A stretch of 64,000 nt of DNA from an uncultured delta proteobacterium (GTDB lineage: Bacteria; Desulfobacterota; Binatia; UBA9968), in assembly GCA_963847445.1 (NCBI GenBank), contig CAWJZV010000014.1:224001-288000 (forward strand), read 5' to 3'. This document shows positions 55,897-64,000 of the stretch, piece by piece. Numbering within the stretch: position 1 is the first letter of the stretch; every line of letters begins with the position of its first letter. The position numbers and the translations under genes were made by a program. Below the pieces are notes generated by a model that saw only the letters and a list, made by a program, of their open reading frames with translations, was not told where the DNA came from and did not search any database.

Positions 55897-57111
55897 CTAA
55901 TCCCCTTTGGCGCACGCCGGTGAAAGAATCGATCTTGACCAGCCCGCCTGCTTTTTCGCGTTCGCTAAAGCGCGCGGCTGGCGCCCCGGCGCACTGATTC
56001 AATATCGTTGAGAATAAGCTTGCGCAGCAGGATCACGCCGCGATCGGAGACGGCCAGTTGCTCGCTGCGCTCGCCCAACAATTTTTGCGTTGCCTGGCAG
56101 GCGATGTCTTCGGTGCGCACATTGCCGCGAAAGGGCGAAAATTTGCGCCGGTCGTAGGGCTTCTTCTCCATCTGCGCCTGCACCTTGCGGCTCGGCGCCA
56201 GCTTGGCGAAAAATTCTTTGTCCGGACCGGTGTAGTGATTCACCGTGTACAGGGTGAAGCTGGCGTCGTCGTTGGGCGTAACGAACATCAGATGCGCGTT
56301 GTGCGAGCCGGCGGCGAGCGCTTCGGGCGGCTGCTTGAAGTGGGTGAACTCGGTGTCGCCGATCTGCAGAATCGCCGGCAAGGCGAAACTTTTCTCGTCG
56401 ACATATTCGCTATCCGACGGTCGGTCCTGGTTTGCGCGAGATCACTTTCATGCCGTAGGGCATCTCGACGGCGTCGAATGGCGGGATATCATGAAAGTTG
56501 AAAAACCAACTGCGCCAGGTGCCGTCGTTGGGATCGGCGCGATGGAGGATCGAAAAGTGCGCCGGGTCGGCGCCGTTCTCGATGAAGTTGAACCAGTTGT
56601 AGTTGTACAGACGGCGTCGCTTCGAGGGAGCGTTGACCCTCCTCGCTGACCAAGGGCAGGTAACGCGGCAATGGCGGTGGATATCTCGTCCGCTCCCAGA
56701 TAAGCGAAGAGCAAGCCGCCCTGCTCCTCGAACGGGTAAGACAAATGGCGAACCTTCTTGGCAAAGCCGCGCTCCACCGGTTCCGCCGGCATCGCCAAAC
56801 ATTGGCCGCCCGACGTCGAACAACCAGCCGTGATAGGGACAGCGAATGCCGCCGTCTTCGATATCGCCATATTCCAGCGACGTGCCGCGATGCGGACATT
56901 GTAGTCCGAGCAAACCGATGCGGCCCCGGTCATCGCGAAACAACACCAGTTCTTCGCCCAGCACTTTGACGGCTTGAGGAATGTCGCGCAGCTCGCTGCT
57001 CGTGCCTACCACCAGCCAATGGCGTCGAAACCAGTCGCCGGCCGCCGTGCCGCGGCCGACGTAGGGCAGATCGGCGAGGGAGAGTTTCTTCTGCCGTTTG
57101 CTCGCTGCCAT
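55897..57111 (-). CDS. Rieske oxygenase alpha subunit (several frameshifts)
   Basis: WFRRHW, CPH, CPYHG, ENGADPAHFSILH and TED motifs; closest in sequence to 50897-52106. Confidence 0.87.
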
Positions 57112-57235
57112 GGGCGGATCGATGAGGGTATTGGCTGGGGTTAGGCGCCTTCGCGATTCGCTAGACCGGATCGTCGTCAAGCTCCAACTTTTCACCCAAG
57201 CAACTCTGCTGGAAATCAAGGCCGACTATTTGAAA

Positions 57236-57312
57236 TGGTGGTCGCAGTAGGACTTGAACCTACGACCTCGCGCATGTGAGGCGCGCGCTCTAACCAACTG
57301 AGCTATGCGACC
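57236..57312 (-). tRNA. tRNA-Val(CAC)
   Basis: GGTCGCA/TGCGACC acceptor stem, AGCTCAGTTGG D arm, CGCGC-CTCACAT-GCGCG anticodon arm, GTTCAAG T loop, encoded CCA. Confidence 0.96.
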
Positions 57313-57399
57313 ACTAGGAAATCTTATTCTAACACCTGGAACTCAAAGCTTCAACTGCGACCGTCTTGTGACCGATAATATATTAATGGAGGAGTAAAA

Positions 57400-57545
57400 A
57401 TGAAAACGCAACGTGGCATGGGAACAGTCTATCAGCGGGGTCAATCCTGGGTGGTCGATTACTATAATATCGGGCAAGCGAGTACGCGGGACAGTTGAGG
57501 GTGCCGAGACCGAATCCCAGCCACGCCAGAAGCACCGGCCCATAG
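57400..57545 (+). pseudogene. N-terminal remnant of a tyrosine integrase (arm-binding region)
   Basis: GGAGG RBS; MKTQRGMGTVYQRGQSWVVDYY, then GKRVR after a frameshift; truncated. Confidence 0.55.
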
Positions 57546-57605
57546 CGGAATTGGCATCTTAAATTTCATTAAAATAATTGCGACTAATCTTTCAGCTAGT
57601 TCCTC

Positions 57606-57813
57606 CTATGGTTCGATGGGCCTGCGGTTCCTCGCGTTCTTCGCCAGCCAAGCGTCCACCAATTCTCGCTTAAATCGCCATTGGTTGCCGACTTTAAACG
57701 CTGGAAGACCCTTTCGCGCCAGCAGCCGATAGACGGTGAATTTGTTGACGTTGAGGTATTCGGCAACTTGCTCAAGCGTAAGCAAGGGTTGCGAGGGGTG
57801 GAATTTTTTTCAT
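57606..57813 (-). CDS. HTH_17 excisionase-like DNA-binding protein (1-nt shift in the A7 run after ATG)
   Basis: LLTLEQVAEYLNVNKFTVYRLLARKGLPAFKVGNQWRFKRELVDAWL; this frame is not in the ORF track. Confidence 0.85.
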
Positions 57814-57830
57814 ACCTTGGCCAATGACAA

Positions 57831-57846
57831 GGCAAGGAATGCGCCA
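57831..57846 (-). promoter_or_regulatory. Putative sigma54 promoter of the HTH_17 gene
   Basis: TGGCGCATTCCTTGCC (GG-N10-GC); very close to the start codon. Confidence 0.45.
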
Positions 57847-58054
57847 TTAATGAAAGATCCTGAAAAGGCTCAATAGTTGCATTGAATAACCCAGAAAACG
57901 AATTCGACTGGTGAGAACTAACCTGATTCGCTTTTGCAGTTATAGAAAGTGGGCAATAAAGCCCTTTAGATTGAATAGGTTCGACTTCTAGCTACGTGCT
58001 TTTCGACTCGTCTACACGATGCGTCCGTAACCTGCCCGAAACACCGGACTGGCT

Positions 58055-58522
58055 TCACTTCCCTTGTTTCAATCCTCTGACTACGGCAACCGCTTCAACT
58101 TCCACCAAGGCGCCCGCCGGGCGCAAGTTTTTCGCTTCGACGAAGGCGGTCGCGGGGCCCCAATCGCTGAACGCCTCGCGGGCGCTTTTTTCCAACACGT
58201 CGCGCAACAAGCTATCGGTGCCATAGACAGTCAGAGTCACCACGTGGGCCGGCGAGACTCCCACTCTCGATGCCATCAGTCGCAGGTTCACCAGCGCTTG
58301 TCTTACTTGCCCGGTCAAATCCCCCGCGCCAACCAGGTCACCTTTCCTGTCCACGGGTCCTACCCTGGGAAACACGAACACGGTCTCCAGCGCGTTCCTG
58401 AACACTTGAACGTCGCCCGTCGCCGCTACCTGTGCTTGCGCGAATGGCCACGCGGCACCGAGCATTAATAGCAAACCGGCGGCGAGCCAAGGTGAAATTC
58501 TAATGATCCGAATCATCGCCAA
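58055..58522 (-). CDS. Rid/YjgF-family protein with a signal peptide
   Basis: GDL..Q..QAL.NL and PA...V...L...ALVEVEAVA motifs; AQA cleavage site. Confidence 0.8.
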   Translation of the reverse strand: MAMIRIIRISPWLAAGLLLMLGAAWPFAQAQVAATGDVQVFRNALETVFVFPRVGPVDRKGDLVGAGDLTGQVRQALVNLRLMASRVGVSPAHVVTLTVYGTDSLLRDVLEKSAREAFSDWGPATAFVEAKNLRPAGALVEVEAVAVVRGLKQGK

Positions 58523-58541
58523 GTAAAATTGTACCGCCAGC

Positions 58542-58895
58542 TCAACGTGGCGGATAGAGCCCGGTAAAAAAACCTTCCTGTTCGAGTTCGCGCACCAGGG
58601 TCGAGTCGGTCAGCGTTTCGGCTGATTTTTCTTTAAGGCCCGGCTTGGCTGCGAACTCTGCGATGCCCAGGGAAACGTTATCCAACTTCGGGTAAGGCTT
58701 TTCAGGGATCGCGTGCTGGACATAGGTCCGGTGGATGAAATCTGACGACAACTGGATTCATGACCGGCGCGCGCCCGGTGCCGTCGATCAACATCGCGCC
58801 GTAAATGACCGTACAGCGGCATTGCGCTACTACCGAACCAGCGGAGCATAGGATGATGAAGCCGAGCGGCGCGCATCGTAATATATAGGGTTCAT
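58542..58895 (-). pseudogene. Chimeric remnant: amidohydrolase N-terminus joined to the C-terminus of a substrate-binding protein
   Basis: ...VIYGAMLIDGTGRAPVMNPVVV, then DFIHRTY...KPYP...DSTLVRELEQEGFF. Confidence 0.7.
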
Positions 58896-58911
58896 GGTCG
58901 TGAGGTTGCTG

Positions 58912-60598
58912 CTACTTGAATGAAACCACCAGGTAGACGGTGTTGGACTCCGAAGCGGCAACGCCCGGATCGATCACGGTGACTTTATGCGTCCCCGCCG
59001 CTAGCGCCGGCACTTGAACTTCCAACTCCCTGCCGCTGAGAAACTTGCTCGCAGCTTTTTTACCGTTCAGCAGCACCTGATGCGACGGGCGAAAGTTGGC
59101 GCCGGCTAACTTCACCTGGCCGGCAGACGCCTTCAGTCAACGCCGCGGGGGAAATTTGCGATAAACTTGTGATAAAACGATCCGACATCGGCCGCGGAAT
59201 CGGGTTGCGATAATTGGCGTGGAACGAAGTGTCCACCGCTTTGCCCTCGCTAAATACTTTTTCAATATTCTGGGTCGCCGAGATATCTTTTATCACGTCG
59301 CCGCGCACGATCACCAAATCGGCGACTTTGCCTTTCTCGACGCTGCCAAAGTCTTTGTCTTTGCCCCAGGCTTGGGCGACGTTAAGACTCGCCGATTGGA
59401 TCGCCACCAGCGGACTCAAGCCGGCGTCTATGGCGAGTTCAAGCTCGGCGTGCAGGCCATACGCCGGCAAGAGCGTGCCCGGATCCGACCCGGAATGCAT
59501 CTTGCCGCCGGCGGCGACGTAACGGCGCGCGAAATCTTGCACCATTTTGTAAGCCGCGTCCAGCGGCGCGCGTCTTTCCGGCGTCATCTTTTCGAAGCCG
59601 GCGAAGTAGTTCTCCACGGCTTCCAGATTGTAAGCCGGCAAATACGATAGATTGGGAATCTTCAGCGTCGCCAATTCGCGTTTCTTCATCTCGGCCGCGC
59701 GCGGCGACAGCCCGCGAAACTGCGTCGCCCACGCCGGACTCCAGTGAATGTCTTTGGCGATCATCGCTTTGATGATCTCATCGAATTGCTCCGGCACCAT
59801 GTTGACATGGGACTCCACGGTGCCGACCTTGCCGACCATGCGGTTCATGTCGATCTCGGCGCGTTTCTTTGGGTCCTTGATGGTCGTGAACATCACCGCC
59901 CAGGAATGTTCGATGGACGTGTAGCCGGCGTCGATGGTCTCCCACATATTGACCGAGTGGCCGATCACCGGCTTGCCCAACTTGCGCGCCTCGTCGGCGA
60001 TCGCCTTGGCGACTTCCGGTGACACCCGTTCGAGAACTTTGAAACCGTCCATGCCCTTCTCGACATGGGCGCGCACCGCTGCGCGCGCTTCTTCGTCGGT
60101 GCGCACAATGATGCTGCCGCGCTGCCAACGCTGCTCCGACATCCCCTGCGGCCGCGGCCCATCGAGCGCATGGCCGGATATCCACAGCCGCGGACCGCGA
60201 ATCTTGCCTTTTTGTATGCCGTCCTTCTGAGCGATGATCCATTCCGTCGGGCTATTATTGATATCGGGGCAAGTGGTCACGCCGTAGGCGAGATAAAGTT
60301 CGCCGAGCCACTCCCAATAATGGCAGTGGCCGTCGATCAGCCCCGGCAAAATCGTTTTGCCCTTGGCATCGATCACCTGCGCGCCCCGCGGAATCGTCAC
60401 CTCGCCGCGCTTGCCGACCTCTTCGATGCGCCCGCCGGAGAAGACCACCACCGCGTCCTCCACCGGCGGCCGCCCGGTGCCGTCGATCAAAGTACCGCCG
60501 ACAACAGCGACGGGCCGCGGCTGGCCAAATACCGGCGCTGCCGCGAGTGCAACAATAAATGCCAGAACTGTCTGAGCGCAGGGCATCAAACGCTTCAT
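58912..60598 (-). CDS. Secreted metal-dependent amidohydrolase with a C-terminal IPT/TIG-like domain (frameshift near 59125)
   Basis: Signal peptide; PGLIDGHCH, K, GH, IEH, GSD and GSVEKGKVADLVI; C-terminal G.NF...VLLNG...G.H.VTV. Confidence 0.9.
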
Positions 60599-60886
60599 AA
60601 GAGTCTCCAATCGTCAGATACGAATCGTCACGATTATTTCGTTGCCAGAATGTAATGATTGATTGCGCAGATCGGTAATACCAAGCTTTGTCGGCAAATG
60701 ACAATGGAATGATTTAGCCGATTCTTCTGAATCCTATTTGAGCTTCCGGTTCTATTCGCGCGTTGCTTGAAAGCCTTTTTAGGGACGGAGAACAAAGAAC
60801 ATTTCTACGAAAAGCCCTCACGACCAAGTGTCAATGTCAGAGTTAGGATGGGGATTGCTTGTTTGTTTAATTTCTAAAGAAGGACA

Positions 60887-61156
60887 TCATGCCGCCAACA
60901 GAGGCGCAATATCCGCTCGCTTCGCGGTCGGGAGCCCAAGGTCACGCAGGACTCTATTTAACTTCGCCAATGACACCTTCTCGGGTGCAGTCATCTCGAT
61001 GCCGATGGGTTTCCCGTCACGCCGAAAGTCGACCAGGAGTCCCGGACCGACCTCACGGACGCGCGCGCTGCGAGCCCTGGCGCGCCGCGGCAAGTGAAGA
61101 TAGGCCGCAAACTGCTTTCCATGTCTATACGTCACTTCTAAGTACGGCTCTTTCAT
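60887..61156 (-). CDS. DUF2283-like antitoxin
   Basis: AAYL.L and GLLVDF..DG.PIGIE motifs. Confidence 0.75.
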   Translation of the reverse strand: MKEPYLEVTYRHGKQFAAYLHLPRRARARSARVREVGPGLLVDFRRDGKPIGIEMTAPEKVSLAKLNRVLRDLGLPTAKRADIAPLLAA

Positions 61157-61290
61157 CTTGTACCTCGGGTAACCGGATAAGCTGTGACCACGATAATGAC
61201 CTGGGCGCTCGCATCGGGTTCGAGCACAACCTCCCAGCGTCTGCGCCGCCAACGCGACACAACCACCCACCGTCCCGGCACGACGTCTGC
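61153..61290 (-). pseudogene. C-terminal fragment of a DUF4258-like toxin
   Basis: GRWVV...WEVVLEPD....IIVVTAYP; stop overlaps the DUF2283 start; 5' part missing. Confidence 0.65.
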
Positions 61291-61294
61291 AGTC

Positions 61295-61399
61295 ACCGCT
61301 AAAGATATACGCGCATGCCTCGCTTTTACTGCTGACCGTGAGCGCAAGCTCGCAACGCTTCCGGGATGAAACTTCTATTCGACCAGAACCTCTCGTCGC
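61295..61399 (+). repeat. 105-bp diverged copy of the DUF433/DUF5615 junction (62136-62240)
   Basis: 11 mismatches in 105 bp by manual alignment. Confidence 0.9.
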
Positions 61400-61478
61400 T
61401 TTTGATTCAAGCCCAATTGGTTGTTTGCTTTAAGTTAATAGACAGTAGCCAAAATCAAAGTAACAAAGCCTGGCAACC

Positions 61479-61865
61479 CTACCCTAATTGGATTTTGCTG
61501 CCGTAGATACGCCTGATCGGCAAGGATTCAATATCTATGTTGTCCAAACACCTTACGTTAACGGCCCAACCGTCAAAAGGCGTTACCCCATCTTTCAATG
61601 TTTGTGGCGTTGGATCGCTCGGCCGTCGGAAAGGGAGGATGCCGCATGTTGGGCAAAAGTAGTCCACCGCCGTCCGAGAACCCCATTGATAGCGGACCAG
61701 TTCATCCCATGGAGTCAGCAGTCGAAGGCTTTCTCTAGCAACACGATGAATGAGCGCGCCTCTGCGAACACAGACCGAGCAGTCGCAAACCCGAACGTGA
61801 TCGATCTCCGCGTCGACTTCGAACTTGACCTTGCCGCAATGGCAGCTCCCGCGGTAGGTTTTCAT
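61479..61865 (-). CDS. GFA/CENP-V family zinc protein
   Basis: GSCHCG, CDCSVC, FCPTCG and VNVRCL motifs. Confidence 0.92.
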   Translation of the reverse strand: MKTYRGSCHCGKVKFEVDAEIDHVRVCDCSVCVRRGALIHRVARESLRLLTPWDELVRYQWGSRTAVDYFCPTCGILPFRRPSDPTPQTLKDGVTPFDGWAVNVRCLDNIDIESLPIRRIYGSKIQLG

Positions 61866-61985
61866 TGCGTCTAACAATTAGTACACAGGCAGGATTTTGT
61901 CGATATTAATACCTGCTAAAATCGCGCCGCGAGGAGAAGTCGATTGCCTTCTCCAGAGACCGTAGGTTATGCTATTATCCGAAGT

Positions 61986-62210
61986 ATGGATTATCAGAGA
62001 ATCATAACCATTGAGCCGGATAAACGAAGCGGCAAGCCCTGCATTCGTGGCACGAGAATGACGGTTACCGACGTGTTGGAATACCTTGCGGGAGGCATGA
62101 CGCAGGAAGAATTGCTGGCGGAATTTCCCGATCTTACCGCTGAAGATATACGCGCGTGCCTCGCTTTCGCTGCCGACCGTGAGCGCAAGCTCGCAACTCT
62201 TCCGGGATGA
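61986..62210 (+). CDS. DUF433 antitoxin (VapB45-like)
   Basis: GKPCIRGTRMTV and FPDLTAEDIRACLAFA motifs. Confidence 0.93.
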   Translation: MDYQRIITIEPDKRSGKPCIRGTRMTVTDVLEYLAGGMTQEELLAEFPDLTAEDIRACLAFAADRERKLATLPG

Positions 62211-62538
62211 AGCTCCTTTTCGACCAGAATCTCTCGCCGCGTTTTCCTCGAATTCTAGCTGACATTTATCCTGACAGCCTTCACGTTCGGGAAATCGGCA
62301 TGCGCGAAGCAACCGACACAGCAATCTGGGAATATGCGAAAACAAATGAATTCACGATTGTGTCGAAAGACTCCGACTTTCAAGCGCGCAGCTTACTGTA
62401 CGGTAGCCCGCCAAAGTTTATCTGGCTGCGTGTAGGGAACTGTCCGGTCAAGCCCATCGAAGATTTGCTACGAAACCATTCGTAGCAATCCATACCTTTG
62501 CTCAAAACGAACGGCAGGCTCATTTGATGTTGCCGTGA
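62207..62538 (+). CDS. DUF5615 PIN-like toxin (VapC45-like; frameshift near 62480)
   Basis: MKLLFDQNLS, D..IW.YA, VSKDSDF and PPK.IWLR.GN motifs; ATGA overlap with the antitoxin. Confidence 0.9.
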
Positions 62539-62750
62539 AGAGACCATTAGTTTAGAGGCATCGGTGCTTTGAGAGACCTTCAAGCTAACTGAAGAGAATG
62601 ATTCACTTCCGCATGTCGAACCCTGTTAGCCGTCCATCGTCATGGATGGCGTTAACGCTAAAGTAAATAATAAAGCAGTGACTCGCATTTCTGCTATGCT
62701 CCGTTGATATGCGTGAAGTGGGGAATGCGACACGACCAGGAGTCGACTCG

Positions 62751-63401
62751 CTACCGTATCGGTCCTGTCGCAACGGATGGTTGGAGGTGATTCGACTTCA
62801 GCTCGGTATGAGCTTCGCGCGCGACAAGGAAGGCCGAGCGCAAGAAAATCGCGCAGATAAACGCGCCGACCCCGATGTCCGGCCAAGGCGAAAGCGTGAT
62901 CCGCACGGCCAATGCTGCCAACAAGACCGCAGCGTTTGCGATGAGATCATTTCGAGAGCAGAGCCACACCGACCGCATGTTGATGTCCTCCGCACGGTGG
63001 CGCCAGAGCAAAGCGAAGCAGACGCCGTTCGCGGCCAGCGCAAGAGCAGCTATCGCACCCATTGTCTCAAACACCGGGAGCTGAGGGAAAAGTAACTTGT
63101 AGGCGACCTGCCCAAAGACGAACAGTCCAAAGAGTCCCATCACCGCTGCCTTGGCAAGAGAGGCGCGCGCTTTCCATACGGGACCGCGCGCGACGACGTA
63201 GAGACTAAAGCCATAAACCAGCGCGTCGCCGAGCATGTCGAGGGAGTCGGCGAGCAGCGCCACGGACCCAGCGAGCAAGCCCGACACAAGTTCCACGATA
63301 AACATCGCAGCGTTCACTAGCAGAACGAGGCGAAGTGTCGCCGTTTGCCGCCCGCGCAGTCCGTCGATAGCGCAACTTTTATCGATACAGCAATCGTCCA
63401 T
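62751..63401 (-). CDS. Short CDF-family Co/Zn/Cd cation transporter
   Basis: SVALLADSLDMLGDA, DINMRSVWLCSRND and WPD motifs; N-terminal CC. Confidence 0.9.
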   Translation of the reverse strand: MDDCCIDKSCAIDGLRGRQTATLRLVLLVNAAMFIVELVSGLLAGSVALLADSLDMLGDALVYGFSLYVVARGPVWKARASLAKAAVMGLFGLFVFGQVAYKLLFPQLPVFETMGAIAALALAANGVCFALLWRHRAEDINMRSVWLCSRNDLIANAAVLLAALAVRITLSPWPDIGVGAFICAIFLRSAFLVAREAHTELKSNHLQPSVATGPIR

Positions 63402-64000
63402 AATCCACAGACCTAACTATCAATAAATATAGACCGACGGTCGCCGATTTCAATCTCACAAAGCCTGCCAGCCAGACGAAGAAGGCGGTTTCTGCGCGAA
63501 GTTGTGAAGTCCGTCCGTGGCCCGAGAATCGAATCAATTGATCGTCTCAGTCGTGGAGTGCGGTGTTTGGGTAACGTCGCATGACTTAAACGGCTCAACG
63601 ATATGATCGGCTGCGCAGATTATGTGTCAGCCGACATTAAAGGTTCTGTCTGGAAATTTAAGTGGCGGACCACCCGAAAGATGTGCGTAGTTCGAAAACA
63701 GACGACGGCTTAAAGTTATCTCAGGGTAGTAATGATAAAAAGGTCTGACCATTTCTCCCTTTTTGATCCGGTGCTTGAAGGATAATGACTCCGCTGTGCC
63801 GAAGGTGGACATGGAACGCCACAGCGCCAAGGGGAAATTTCGTATGGTTGCTGGATTGATGCTTCGCGCTGCAGCACGGTAACGACCAGTTAAAATCGGT
63901 GGTCAGACTTTCGACGAAGGTAAGCTCATCGCAAAACGTAGCAAGGCGAAACGTGGTCGATCACACAATAAATGGAAGGCAGCAATGCGATTCTACCTGG

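Noticed and set aside
63413-64000. Short ORFs at the right end, including a faint HEAT-like peptide
   Set aside because: Fragmentary, with no supportable family assignment

Overview
GC-rich bacterial DNA. Gene content and repeat style suggest Ca. Binatia or another 'Deltaproteobacteria'-like lineage (inference, not tested). There are many single-base indels, often in homopolymers and even in core flagellar genes, so much of this is probably long-read consensus error. Region 1-23.9 kb is a flagellar cluster: csrA-flgLKNM-flgJ::M23-flgIHAGF, two DUF2802-like paralogs, fliA-flhGFAB-fliRQPOL, HDOD-REC, motAB and fliNM, with readable sigma54 and sigma28 promoters. Region 24-31.5 kb is a sigma28-preceded phosphorelay (REC-REC-PAS-HK, Hpt, REC-degenerate GGDEF, GAF-GAF hybrid HK) directly upstream of fliM-fliN; no che genes occur in the window. 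Region 33-57 kb is an aromatic/organic-acid catabolic region: four Rieske oxygenase alpha subunits, LigB-like, RraA/HMG aldolase, Zn-ADH, two ComD/ComE-like TPP pairs, an orphan XDH-family Mo subunit, a DHDPS-family lyase, UbiD and solute-binding proteins. It is interrupted by two divergent coiled-coil genes and contains many REP/MITE-like and 7-mer periodic repeats, plus two copies of a ~125-bp three-hairpin element. Region 57-64 kb holds tRNA-Val(CAC), an integrase remnant, HTH_17, a secreted Rid-like protein, a deletion chimera, a secreted amidohydrolase, toxin-antitoxin modules, GFA and CDF genes.
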